The position numbers and the translations under genes were made by a program. Shown in pieces: positions 42,162 through 51,843 of a stretch of 64,000 bases of DNA. Below the pieces are notes generated by a model. That model worked only from the letters and a program-made list of their open reading frames with translations, was not told the origin of the DNA and did not search any database. This DNA is from Gammaproteobacteria bacterium. Its GTDB lineage: Bacteria; Pseudomonadota; Gammaproteobacteria; Eutrophobiales; Eutrophobiaceae. How positions within the stretch are numbered: the stretch's first letter is position 1; each line of letters begins with the position of its first letter. The stretch spans positions 608,001 through 672,000 of the forward strand of contig OZ220696.1 in the NCBI GenBank assembly GCA_965116495.1, read 5' to 3'.

Positions 42162-45061
42162 CGCTTATCCCCGTATCTGCCGGTACCGGCATTGCTGCCG
42201 TAGTCTTTCAGGTGTTTACCGAATTGCAAGATATCAGGTATGGATTTATCGTTTAAGCGATGTGGCAGTACGTCGAATTGGGGCTCGCTGTGATATATTT
42301 CATCTCCCTGGCATTTTTCGATCGCCACGCGCAGGTCAAACCAGGCGGCCTGCCCGGTAACCGGGTCGGAATTCGCGTAACGGTAACCGTCCCTGTTCTC
42401 AGGCAGTAATTCAGAAATGATGTGGTTGAGTAAAAACCCCTGTTTTGCTTCGGGTGCATCCTTATGCAGGTTCCAGGCGCCACTGCGTTTGCCGACTGCA
42501 TTCCAGGTCCAGACCGTGTCCGGATTGACGCCGTTCATGCATTTGACCCGGCATCGGACTTTACCGTGGGGGCTCTTTACCCAGACCCAGTCGTCATCAC
42601 TGAGATGCAGTTTTTCTGCAAGTTGATGATGTATGTATAAATCATTGGCAGCGGTGATCTGGCGCAACCAGGCATTTTGCGAACCCCAGGAGTGATACAT
42701 GTGCATCGGCCGCTGGGTCAGCGCATGCAACGGATACTGATCGGTATCCACCATGTTGCTTTCGAATGGTTCATACCAGATCGGTAACGGGTCAAAATAG
42801 GTCCGTATCCGCTGTTTATACTTTTCCGGCGCCGGGTAATGACCCTGGCCCTCGGCAGCCAGGCGAAACCGTTGTATTGCTTCGCTGTACAGTTGCAGGA
42901 CTATCGGTTGGTCGTTGTAGATCCAGCCGACGGCATGGGCAAATTCCAGGTACGATTTGTTGGCGAATTTATAGTAACGCTGATCTGCAGTGAATTCATG
43001 GCGCCAGTAACAGTCGTTGTTGATATAGCGCTGTAACTGGTCCGGGTTGGGTTGTCCGGTGCAGTGCTGATCACCGTCCGGGCCGCGCCAACCCGCCAGC
43101 GGGCCGATGCGCTCAGTGCGCATATGGTTAACCATGTAGTCCGCATAACCGCCGGGGTACCTGGCCGTACCATCGGCCTTGACCATGCCGGGCAACTTGA
43201 GCCGTGCCCCCAACTCCAGCAATACATCCTGAAACGGTCTCACCTGCCGGTCCGGCAACACCACAGGCTGCCGGATCGAATCGGCAACGGCATCCGCTTC
43301 ACCGATGGGCCGGTCCATCAGAGAAATACAATCCCAGCGCTCCAGGTATGTCGTATCCGGCAGTACCAGGTCAGCATAAGGGACCGTTTCCGAATAGTAG
43401 GCATCACTGTAGATAACATGCGGGATTTTATACTCTCCCGTTTTATCGTCCTTGTCAGTCAGGTATTTCAGGGTCTCCGGTACGTTCATGGAGGAATTCC
43501 ACGCCATGTTCGCCATGTACATGAATAATGTATCAATCGGGTAAGGATCAGCTTTCCAGGCGTTATGTATCACCATATGCATCATGCCGTGCAAGGCCAG
43601 TGGGTATTCCCAGCTGAACGCCTTATCGATGCGCTGGGCCGTTCCGTCATCCCGGTTCAGCAATTCAGCCGGCGTGGTTGGAAAGCCGAGGGGCATCCCG
43701 CCTAACGGCGTATCCGGTTTGTCCGGATCACCGGCCGGTATATCGGGCGGCGGAATGTGTTTGGGGTAGGGCGCTTTGTAACGAAAACCACCGGGCACAT
43801 CTATCGAACCCAGCAAAATCTGCAGGATGTGCAGTGCGCGGCAGGTATGAAAGCCGTTTGAGTGGGCAGAAATACCACGCATTGCATGCATGGAAACCGG
43901 CCTGCCGATCATTTTGTCGTGTCTGCGGCCGGTCCAGTCTGTCCAGGGGATATCAAGTTCCAGCTGCTGTTCAAAGGCAGCCTCGGCCAGTTCTGCAGCA
44001 ATCCGTCTGATCTGTGCGGCCGGGATACCTGTTTTACCAGCGACCTGTTCCGGCGCATAAGCCGTATCCAGAAAACGCTGTGCGAGCAGGTGGAAGACCG
44101 GTACAACCCGGCGGCCGTCGATCAGTTCATAGCTTCCCACCAAAGCAGGTGAGATAGCTTGAGAACTTGCATCAACCGTTTCTTTTGCAATGTTATCAAA
44201 GCACAAGGGCTTGCCTGATTCAACGTCACGCGCAAACAGGCCGTGCTCCCGTGTTCCGGGGTCCTGGATCACCAGCCAGTGTGCGTTGGTGTAGCGCACG
44301 AGATATTCCCAATCGATCTTCTCGGCTTTCAACAACTCGTGGATCAGCGAGAAGATTAATAAACCGTCGGTGCCGGGTCGTATCCCCAGCCATTCGTCCG
44401 CAATTGCCGAATAACCGGTACGTACCGGGTTGATCGAAACAAATTTTGTATCCTGTCTGCTTTTCAGCTTGCCCAGACCCATCTTGATGGGATTGGAGGC
44501 GTGGTCCTCTGCGACACCGAACATCATGAAATAGCGCGTGTGCTCCCAATCAGGCTCGCCGAATTCCCAGAATGAGCCACCGATCGTGTAAAGGCCGGCA
44601 GCAGCCATGTTCACGGAACAAAATCCGCCGTGCGCAGCATAATTCGGCGTGCCGAATTGTTGGGCCCACCAGCCGGTCAGGGATTGGCTTTGATCACGGC
44701 CGGTAAAAAACGCCAGCCGCCTGGGGTCTGTGGAGCGGATGTTTGACAACCAGCCGGCGGCAATGTCCAGGGCCTCATCCCAACTGATCTCCTTGAATTC
44801 GCCGGCGCCGCGTTTACCCACTCTCAGCAGTGGATTGGTCAACCGGGCGGGGGAGTAGTGCTGCATTATGCCGGCCGCGCCTTTTGCACACAGCACCCCC
44901 TTGTTTACCGGGTGGTCGGGATTGCCTTCTATGTAACGGACGGTACCGTCCTTCAGATGAACCCGGATGCCGCAGCGGCAGGCACACATATAACAGGTTG
45001 TAGTCTTGACTTGATCCGGATTTCCAGGGGAGGTTGACTGAGTTTGGCCGGATTGATCCAT
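42158..45061 (-). CDS. soeA: Sulfite dehydrogenase molybdopterin subunit
   Basis: TTCYMCACRCGIRVH, FFTGRDQSQ, AAHGGFCSVNMA, MYHSWGSQNAWLRQI, NSDPVTGQAAWFD; no Tat signal. Confidence 0.9.
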   Translation of the reverse strand: MDQSGQTQSTSPGNPDQVKTTTCYMCACRCGIRVHLKDGTVRYIEGNPDHPVNKGVLCAKGAAGIMQHYSPARLTNPLLRVGKRGAGEFKEISWDEALDIAAGWLSNIRSTDPRRLAFFTGRDQSQSLTGWWAQQFGTPNYAAHGGFCSVNMAAAGLYTIGGSFWEFGEPDWEHTRYFMMFGVAEDHASNPIKMGLGKLKSRQDTKFVSINPVRTGYSAIADEWLGIRPGTDGLLIFSLIHELLKAEKIDWEYLVRYTNAHWLVIQDPGTREHGLFARDVESGKPLCFDNIAKETVDASSQAISPALVGSYELIDGRRVVPVFHLLAQRFLDTAYAPEQVAGKTGIPAAQIRRIAAELAEAAFEQQLELDIPWTDWTGRRHDKMIGRPVSMHAMRGISAHSNGFHTCRALHILQILLGSIDVPGGFRYKAPYPKHIPPPDIPAGDPDKPDTPLGGMPLGFPTTPAELLNRDDGTAQRIDKAFSWEYPLALHGMMHMVIHNAWKADPYPIDTLFMYMANMAWNSSMNVPETLKYLTDKDDKTGEYKIPHVIYSDAYYSETVPYADLVLPDTTYLERWDCISLMDRPIGEADAVADSIRQPVVLPDRQVRPFQDVLLELGARLKLPGMVKADGTARYPGGYADYMVNHMRTERIGPLAGWRGPDGDQHCTGQPNPDQLQRYINNDCYWRHEFTADQRYYKFANKSYLEFAHAVGWIYNDQPIVLQLYSEAIQRFRLAAEGQGHYPAPEKYKQRIRTYFDPLPIWYEPFESNMVDTDQYPLHALTQRPMHMYHSWGSQNAWLRQITAANDLYIHHQLAEKLHLSDDDWVWVKSPHGKVRCRVKCMNGVNPDTVWTWNAVGKRSGAWNLHKDAPEAKQGFLLNHIISELLPENRDGYRYANSDPVTGQAAWFDLRVAIEKCQGDEIYHSEPQFDVLPHRLNDKSIPDILQFGKHLKDYGSNAGTGRYGDKR

Positions 45062-45237
45062 ACTTGAAGCATTATAGCTAATAGTTCTAAGCTTAGAAAT
45101 ATTAGTTTTAAGAAAGATGTGATTATTTTTCTGACAGTACCCATCGCCTGCCCCACTGTACTGTATGGACGCGCCGTGGCGGGTAAACGACTAACAGCCC
45201 GGATGCGTCAACCCACCGGGAGAGGTTCCCGGATTAG

Positions 45238-46965
45238 CTACGGGCCGGCGTGCGTCGCCTCGAAAACCAGTGTGCCGTTGATCATGGTTTTCTCGACCCT
45301 GACCTGGTGCAATTCCGTCACCGGTATCCGGTAGGGGTCCCGATCCAGCACGATCAAGTCGGCCAGCAAGCCGGGCTCGATACGACCAACCCGATCGGCC
45401 ATTCCCAGGTGTCTTGCCGAATTGACCGTGAACAGGCGGATAGCCTGGTCCAGGGAGATTGCCTGTTCCTTACCGAAGTGGTTTTCGCTGCCGCCCGGTT
45501 CCTCCCTGGTGACCAGCGCCTCCACCGCGATCCACGGATTGACCGAGGGGACAACGGCCCAGTCCGAGCCAGGCACCACCAGGGCGCCGGCTTCGATCAT
45601 TTCCCGCACCGGCCAGACGCGCCTGGTGCGGTCTTCTCCCACCTCCTTGGAAATATCATCGTTGATGGGGCTGGGACTCCATAAATAAGGAGATACCTCA
45701 AAAGTTGCACCGAGTGACCGGGCGCGGGGCAGGTCTTGCCGGGAAACAAAAGTACAGTGACCCACGTCGTGCAACTGGCCGCTGAAACCGTTAGCCCTGC
45801 GCGCCGCCTCGAAGGCATTCAAGCCCGCCCGCACCGCGGCATCTCCTGCGGCATGGAATTTCACCGTCAGGCCCATCCGGTCGAACCGGATCACCGCTTC
45901 GTTCAGGGTATCCTGCTCCACCAGCAGCATACCGTAACGGCTCGCATCATCGTTGCGTCCTTCCATGGGTAGTGTATAAGGCTCCAGCATTGCGGCGGTA
46001 TGGCTGTCGGTCGGGACGCCATCCAGAAATATCTTGATACAGTCGGTGGCAACATTGGTTCGTGCATACAGGTTGCGATCCGCAATCACGGCTTCAAGCT
46101 CCGCATTGCCCGGTTCCCAGTTCAGACACAATCTGACCCGTTGCTTGACCGTTCCCGCATCGGCCATGTCCGCATAAAGCTTCACTTCCCGGGCCATGCC
46201 GGCGACAAAACCCGTCGATGCCTCGGTAAAAGAAGTGATTCCATGAGACAACATCTGATCCATGCTCCACTCAAGCGCAGCGCGCAGCGCTTCATGCGAA
46301 TGCGGCGGCACATGCATCCTGACAAGCATTATGGCCGATTCGCGCAAGATGCCAGTGGGTTCACCACCGCTGTCACGCTCAATGATACCGCCTTCAGGGT
46401 CCGGCGTATCGGCCGTGACTCCGGCAATTGCCAACGCGCTGGAGTTGGCCCAGGCGCTGTGGCCGCTGGTGTCGCTTAACAGAACGGGGTTGTCAGGTGA
46501 GACAAAGTCCAGCATGGCACGGTCCGGGATTTGTCCAATAGCATGGGCATCCCACTGCCCTCCGGTAATCCAGCTACCCGTATCCGCCCTGCCGATGCAG
46601 GCCTGCACTTCATGCTGAATCTGTTCCAGGGTTGAGCCTTGTTCAATCTTGCATTCCGTCTGCCTGACACCGGCAAACAGGGGATGTACGTGCATGTCAT
46701 GGAATCCGGGCAAAACTACCTTGCCCTGTAGATCGATACTTTGGGTTTGCGGACCGGCCAGAGCCGTAATGTCCTCAATGTTACCCACGGCAACAATCAC
46801 GCCGGCGCGTATGGCCAGCGCTTGCGCCACGGGTTGTTCGGGGTTCAGCGTGTAGATTCCGGCGTTGGTGAGGATGGTATCAGCCTGTTCGGCCGCGGCC
46901 AGTACGTGTCCGCACAAGGCACACAAGACAACAGCAGTCAGCAAGGTCGAATTTTTTCCCTGCAT
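45238..46965 (-). CDS. Exported YtcJ-like amidohydrolase (amidohydrolase 3)
   Basis: Signal peptide; PGFHDMHVH, SGHSAWANS, KIFLDG, HAAGD, GSDW, ADLIVLD. Confidence 0.9.
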   Translation of the reverse strand: MQGKNSTLLTAVVLCALCGHVLAAAEQADTILTNAGIYTLNPEQPVAQALAIRAGVIVAVGNIEDITALAGPQTQSIDLQGKVVLPGFHDMHVHPLFAGVRQTECKIEQGSTLEQIQHEVQACIGRADTGSWITGGQWDAHAIGQIPDRAMLDFVSPDNPVLLSDTSGHSAWANSSALAIAGVTADTPDPEGGIIERDSGGEPTGILRESAIMLVRMHVPPHSHEALRAALEWSMDQMLSHGITSFTEASTGFVAGMAREVKLYADMADAGTVKQRVRLCLNWEPGNAELEAVIADRNLYARTNVATDCIKIFLDGVPTDSHTAAMLEPYTLPMEGRNDDASRYGMLLVEQDTLNEAVIRFDRMGLTVKFHAAGDAAVRAGLNAFEAARRANGFSGQLHDVGHCTFVSRQDLPRARSLGATFEVSPYLWSPSPINDDISKEVGEDRTRRVWPVREMIEAGALVVPGSDWAVVPSVNPWIAVEALVTREEPGGSENHFGKEQAISLDQAIRLFTVNSARHLGMADRVGRIEPGLLADLIVLDRDPYRIPVTELHQVRVEKTMINGTLVFEATHAGP

Positions 46966-47001
46966 ACTCTTCTTCCTTAAAGCTGGCCAATCAGCGATTT
47001 T

Positions 47002-49431
47002 CTAGAAAAAATTGTATTTGACGGTTACGCCGACAGTCCTGGGCATGCCGACATAGCGGACGTTGGGTCCGTTACCGGTAAATGCAGAGGGAAAGTAATA
47101 CTCGTCCGTGACATTCCGGCTCCATACCTGCAGTCGCCATTTATCATTATTACTCCCGATGGCGCCTCTCACGTTGAATATCGTGTAATCGCTGGAGCGA
47201 AAAGCAGGTCCCGCGACACCGCCGGATTCATCAACATAATTGACGTCGCCGGCGAGTTCCAGGTATATCGCATCATTCAGGGACCAGCGATAACTGACCA
47301 GACCGTTATAGGACCACTCGGGCGCCTGCGCGAGCGGCGCTCCCGCCGCGTCGATATACAGGGTTTCCGGCCATACGCTGGCAGGGTCCACAGCCTGCCA
47401 CTCCTTGATTTCGGAATCTATGTATGAAGCGCCGAAATGCAGGTTCAGGCCTGCAACCGGCGCCCAGTCCAATTCCACTTCAGCGCCCAGCACTTCCGCT
47501 TTGGGGATATTCGTCAGACCGACGATGTTGCCTACGAAGGTAACTGCCAGGTCGCCCTCCTGCTTGTCCTTGTAATCATAAAAATACCCGTTCAGGTTCA
47601 ATTGCATGCTACCGTCGAATAAGGTCATCTTGGTGCCCAGTTCATAGGCGGTGAGCGTCTCCGGGCGGTATGGCAACAACTGGGTGGTAGCATTCGAATT
47701 GGCGCCGTTGAAGCCGCCGGACTTGAACCCGCGGGATGCGGAAAAATAGGCCAGTATGTCGTCGTTGAACGCATAATCGAGGCCCGCTTTCCACATCCAT
47801 TTATTGGTGTCGATGGTATCGGTAAACACCCGGAAAGCATCGTTCGGATTGGCAGTGGCGAAGATATTGTTCGGCGAGTTCGGGTCATCATCGATGGTGC
47901 CGCAGTCACCCGGTCCCAGTGAAGGGCCGAACAGCAGGTTCAGGAAGTTACCCAGGGAATTGTCCGTTGCGGAAAACGTACAGCCGGACCAGGTGCGCTC
48001 TTCACTGGTATAGCGCGCGCCCAGGGTCACTTTTAGTTGCTCTGTGAACGACCACTCCACGTGGCCGAAGCCGGCGATGGATTCGGTATCCTGCTCATAA
48101 CTCGTGTCGAGCTCCAGGATCGGTGCGAACGCAAAGGGAATTGCGCCCCAGGGAATGGAGCCGTTTCCGAAAAAGGAATCGGGCATGAAAAAGTGATACA
48201 TCTCGCTGACGTCATCATTCGAATAGTACATGCCGGCGAGCCAGGTCAGCCGGTCGGTCTCCATGGAGATGATCAATTCCTGGGAAAAGGCCTCAACCCT
48301 GGAGGTGTTGATGTTGGAGGTATCCACAAAGTCGCCGCCGTCACCTTCGAAGGCTTCACGCCGGTCAAACTCGTCGTAGGAGGTCAGCGAAGTTACGGTG
48401 ACGCCGCCTATATTCCATTCCAGCCTGCCCGAGACGCCGATCAATTCGTTATCCCGCTCCGGCCTGATATCGTAAGTGGTGCCGGTGATGGCGCTGGTAT
48501 AGGTATTGCTCCAATCTGCATCCTTGTTGTCCTTGCCGTCGGAGAACCACGGCGGTGTCGAAGTCAGCGTGACAAAATCAGGGCTGTAGTTTTCAAGGGG
48601 GGTATGTGGCAGCAGGGCAAGACCGGCGCCGATGTCAGTGCCGTCAATGGCGGCAGGCGACTGGTTCTCGGAATCATCCTTGGTATAACGCACGTTAAGT
48701 TCGAGACGCGCATCCTGGCCTATGTCGATATCCAGTATGCCGCGCACGGATTCCACGTTCTTCTCGCCCAGGTCATCGTCCCGGGTCAGGCTCTCCTGCC
48801 AGCCGTCGAACGAATGTATCGTCCTGAATGCGAACCTGCCCCGGGCCTGTTTGCTGATGGGGCCGCTGACGAAGCCTTCCAGGTCGATGGTCTCGTAGGA
48901 ACCGAAACTCCCGGTCACTCCGGCTTCGAGTTCTTCCGTCGGTTTTTTGCTGATGAAATTGATCTGTCCGGCAGTGGTGTTGCGTCCGTACAGGTCACCC
49001 TGCGGGCCTCTCAGCACTTCTATCCTCTCGAGATCGAATAGCGTGCCCCGGCTCATGACCGTGTAGGGAATATTGACGCCGTCGAGGTAAAGGCCGACGG
49101 TGGCTGAACTGGAAGTGGTGAAATCCTGGAAGCCGACGCCGCGCAGGGTATATTGCGGCACGCCGGTAGCGGCGGTCTCGTTGATGTTCAGGGCAGGCGT
49201 GAACCTGGCCAGGTCTTCCGCGGTACTGATCCCCAGGTCCTGAACGAGTTCTCCCGACATGACGTTAATGGTAATGCCGACGTCGTTGATTCCCTGCTCG
49301 CGTTTCTGCGCAGTCACGATGATTTCTTCAAGCGCGGTCTGCTGGCCCAGGACCGAAGCGGGAAGAGCAGCAAATAAAAAAACCAAACAGGAAGTCAATC
49401 TAAAGGAAGGTAGTTGATTCTCGGCTGGCAT
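47002..49431 (-). CDS. TonB-dependent receptor
   Basis: LEEIIVTAQKR, LRGPQGDLYGRNTTAG, PRTVGVTVKYNFF. Confidence 0.94.
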   Translation of the reverse strand: MPAENQLPSFRLTSCLVFLFAALPASVLGQQTALEEIIVTAQKREQGINDVGITINVMSGELVQDLGISTAEDLARFTPALNINETAATGVPQYTLRGVGFQDFTTSSSATVGLYLDGVNIPYTVMSRGTLFDLERIEVLRGPQGDLYGRNTTAGQINFISKKPTEELEAGVTGSFGSYETIDLEGFVSGPISKQARGRFAFRTIHSFDGWQESLTRDDDLGEKNVESVRGILDIDIGQDARLELNVRYTKDDSENQSPAAIDGTDIGAGLALLPHTPLENYSPDFVTLTSTPPWFSDGKDNKDADWSNTYTSAITGTTYDIRPERDNELIGVSGRLEWNIGGVTVTSLTSYDEFDRREAFEGDGGDFVDTSNINTSRVEAFSQELIISMETDRLTWLAGMYYSNDDVSEMYHFFMPDSFFGNGSIPWGAIPFAFAPILELDTSYEQDTESIAGFGHVEWSFTEQLKVTLGARYTSEERTWSGCTFSATDNSLGNFLNLLFGPSLGPGDCGTIDDDPNSPNNIFATANPNDAFRVFTDTIDTNKWMWKAGLDYAFNDDILAYFSASRGFKSGGFNGANSNATTQLLPYRPETLTAYELGTKMTLFDGSMQLNLNGYFYDYKDKQEGDLAVTFVGNIVGLTNIPKAEVLGAEVELDWAPVAGLNLHFGASYIDSEIKEWQAVDPASVWPETLYIDAAGAPLAQAPEWSYNGLVSYRWSLNDAIYLELAGDVNYVDESGGVAGPAFRSSDYTIFNVRGAIGSNNDKWRLQVWSRNVTDEYYFPSAFTGNGPNVRYVGMPRTVGVTVKYNFF

Positions 49432-49478
49432 GTTCTTTCTCCGGTATTAACGCGCTACTGGCGCTGTCGAATTAACTA

Positions 49479-49513
49479 CGAGTAATTATTCGCATATAGC
49501 CGTGGAAAGTCAA
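49479..49513 (-). promoter_or_regulatory. Sigma70 promoter for the TBDR gene with an overlapping palindromic operator
   Basis: Minus strand TTGACT-N17-AATAAT; palindrome CGAGTAATTATTCG (12/14) at 49479-49492 covers the -10. Confidence 0.6.
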
Positions 49514-49575
49514 GACAATTCCTGTATTATTTCATACAACGACTAGAACCGGGACAATTAAAGAGAAGAATATCC

Positions 49576-50217
49576 ATGCAGGAAGTCGCAGAAATCCACC
49601 AGAAGCTGTCTCCCAGGAAAAAGCCGTCCCAATCCCGTTCACAGAAGATGGTGAAAGGTATTCTTGACGCAACCCGCAACCTGCTCAGGAAATCCGGCAC
49701 GGGTGAAATTTCCGGGATAACAACCAATCACATTGCCAGGGAAGCGAATATATCGGTCGGGTCGCTGTACCAGTATTTCCCGAACAAGGAGGCCATACTG
49801 TTCGAATTGTACAAGGAGATGCTGGGACAGTTCTCCTCGATCATGGAGGTGTTCAAATCTGAACCTTACCTGTCTCTACCGCGGGAGGAATTCTTTGATC
49901 GCTTCAACAGGGCAATGAAAGACACCGAAGCTGACGTCGAGGTGGTATTTGAAATGCATAACGCCGTCAAGATCTATCCGGCCCTCGCCGAGGCAGACCG
50001 GCGCCATGCGGACCTGATCGCCAGGGAAATGGCCGGCTTCATGAAACACTTCGGTTCCAGCTGGTCAATGGAAAAATTGCAACGTCTGGCGCTACACGCC
50101 TATTACATCAACTACGGCACCTGGATGTATCGCGACCATGCCCGTCCTGATTACGAGGAGGTCCTTGACTGGGAAATCAGCGCGTTGAACTTTATGATCT
50201 CAAAATGCTTTGATTAA
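49576..50217 (+). CDS. TetR family transcriptional regulator
   Basis: PRKKPSQSRS...TTNHIAREANISVGSLYQYFPNKEAI. Confidence 0.93.
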   Translation: MQEVAEIHQKLSPRKKPSQSRSQKMVKGILDATRNLLRKSGTGEISGITTNHIAREANISVGSLYQYFPNKEAILFELYKEMLGQFSSIMEVFKSEPYLSLPREEFFDRFNRAMKDTEADVEVVFEMHNAVKIYPALAEADRRHADLIAREMAGFMKHFGSSWSMEKLQRLALHAYYINYGTWMYRDHARPDYEEVLDWEISALNFMISKCFD

Positions 50218-50227
50218 CCTGTTTGCC

Positions 50228-50470
50228 TTATCGGGCAGGATTATCAACATTTCCGCTAAAGCCTTTATGCACAGCGCGGCGGGCCCGCATGAAACCGGGA
50301 ACGGCCAGCACATCGGGGATATCGATATCGTCGTACCAGGCGTTGAATTCTGCTTCCCTGGCCGGGTCCGTGCTTTTGGTCTTGACCACATAGAACCAGT
50401 GACCGTTAATACCGGAATCAGCGGCTGAGGCAGGGACTGTTACGAGATATAACAGGAACCCCACCAATAA
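50228..50470 (-). pseudogene. Fragment of an exported EthD/DUF4286-like protein
   Basis: Partial signal peptide, then DPAREAEFNAWYDDIDIPDVLAVPGF; no credible start and truncated. Confidence 0.55.
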
Positions 50471-50880
50471 GGTTCCAGAACAGGCAACACCCGCGCGGCT
50501 GCATCATCATACGAGCGAGTCCATTTTATCGATCCGTTGTCAGGGGTAAGGGCGATGACAGTCGGCACAGCAAAAATATTTCCCGTATAGATAGTATCAT
50601 CGGGACCGATTGCAGGAGATAGCAGTCCTTCGCCTTTCGCAGACCAGCGAACTTCTCCGCTGTAGGAATCAACGGCAAGCATATTGCCGTCACCGTCAGC
50701 GCTATACACAGTGTCACCGGATACCGAGAGAGCGGGGCTGGTCCCGCTACCCCCGCCCATAGGCAATTCAATTGAGACATGGGCATGGGCAGGCAACCAA
50801 CCTGTGCGGTTGGACTGATGCTGCACACCTGTAGGCCAATCGGCTACGGCGGTTTCCGGTCTGCCTACCGGTTTTCTCAA
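50470..50880 (-). pseudogene. Internal fragment of a PQQ-like beta-propeller protein
   Basis: SPALS...LAVDSYSGEVRW and IALTPDNGSIKW blades; no credible start. Confidence 0.55.
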
Positions 50881-50912
50881 GTTTGGCGACGACTTCCAAT
50901 TTGACTGTACAT

Positions 50913-50928
50913 AAGGGACTGACCACGT
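50913..50928 (+). repeat. Left direct repeat flanking vapBC
   Basis: AAGGGACTGACCACGT, 15/16 identical to 51776-51791. Confidence 0.7.
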
Positions 50929-50941
50929 TTTCTCATTTTCA

Positions 50942-51355
50942 TTACGTATCCGGTGATACGATTTTTAGTCCGGGAAAGTAAGTCCGGTAGTTCTTTTCAT
51001 TGCGCGTCAGGAGATTCCATTTCATTACAGCCGCGTGAGCGCCTATGTAGAAATCCGGCAGAGGAGAGGTTTTTACGCCCCCTCTTTTCCTATATTGCAG
51101 GAAACATTTCCCAGCAAGAAAAGCAGCCTCATAGGGAAGATGCTCCCTGCGAAAGAATTTTACAGGCAAGACTTCTTCTGCTTCTTCGATAGTGCTGCAA
51201 TGAACCGAAACTTCCGCATAGATCAAAGGGTTGATTACCAGAGTCGTGGTCCTGCGCATCTCTTTGATGGCATCAAAAGCCCCCTCACTCCATTCCGAAC
51301 CACTGTCAGCTAAATCAATAATAACATTACTATCGACAAGGGTTACAAAGCTCAC
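50942..51355 (-). CDS. vapC: PIN-domain toxin (VapC family)
   Basis: LVDSNVIID, IYAEVS, PLPDFYIGAHA, LLTRN. Confidence 0.92.
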   Translation of the reverse strand: MSFVTLVDSNVIIDLADSGSEWSEGAFDAIKEMRRTTTLVINPLIYAEVSVHCSTIEEAEEVLPVKFFRREHLPYEAAFLAGKCFLQYRKRGGVKTSPLPDFYIGAHAAVMKWNLLTRNEKNYRTYFPGLKIVSPDT

Positions 51356-51648
51356 TCGTTGTTTCCATCCGGGTTGGTTCGTTTAGCGCCCTTTTTAGGC
51401 ATTTCCCAATCTCTTGTCAGCGCCATAATCTCATCGCTGCTCATACCGGTTGTTTTCCAGCGTTTCCTCCCTTCCTTGAAGTAACTGACTATATCGTTTC
51501 CCCTGCTTGCATTCTTGTAATCCACAGCTTTCACTATTTTAACCGCGCTACCTTCCATAAGAAACTCCACTTCCGTGCTTGGAAGAAAGCCGGCTTTTTC
51601 TCTTATGGCAATTGGAATAGTTACTTGTCCTTTGTTAGTGATACGCAT
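51352..51648 (-). CDS. vapB: AbrB/MazE-type antitoxin
   Basis: MRITNKGQVTIPIAIREKAG; 4-bp overlap with the toxin gene. Confidence 0.88.
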   Translation of the reverse strand: MRITNKGQVTIPIAIREKAGFLPSTEVEFLMEGSAVKIVKAVDYKNASRGNDIVSYFKEGRKRWKTTGMSSDEIMALTRDWEMPKKGAKRTNPDGNNE

Positions 51649-51677
51649 TTGTCAGCCCTCATGGTTTTAAAAAATTC

Positions 51678-51714
51678 TTACTTATGAAAGTAATACTTTT
51701 TTGCCATTTGTCAA
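51678..51714 (-). promoter_or_regulatory. vapBC promoter and autoregulatory operator
   Basis: TTGACA (51709-51714, minus strand); perfect TTACTT-N4-AAGTAA inverted repeat at 51678-51693 over the -10 region. Confidence 0.65.
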
Positions 51715-51775
51715 GAAGCATGGAAGAGGCACGGAAGAAAATATGGGACAGACCTTGATAGATCCATAGTGTAAC

Positions 51776-51791
51776 AAGGGACAGACCACGT
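51776..51791 (+). repeat. Right direct repeat flanking vapBC
   Basis: AAGGGACAGACCACGT; partial third copy GGGACAGACC at 51745-51754. Confidence 0.7.
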
Positions 51792-51843
51792 ATTAGACAG
51801 GCCGGTCGTCAGATTGGCCTTTTTTTTATTCAAGTTGTTTCAA

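Noticed and set aside
48037-49041. 334-aa plus-strand ORF (also 37345-38139 and 31102-31848)
   Set aside because: Antisense shadows of well-supported genes in GC-rich sequence; no recognisable motifs
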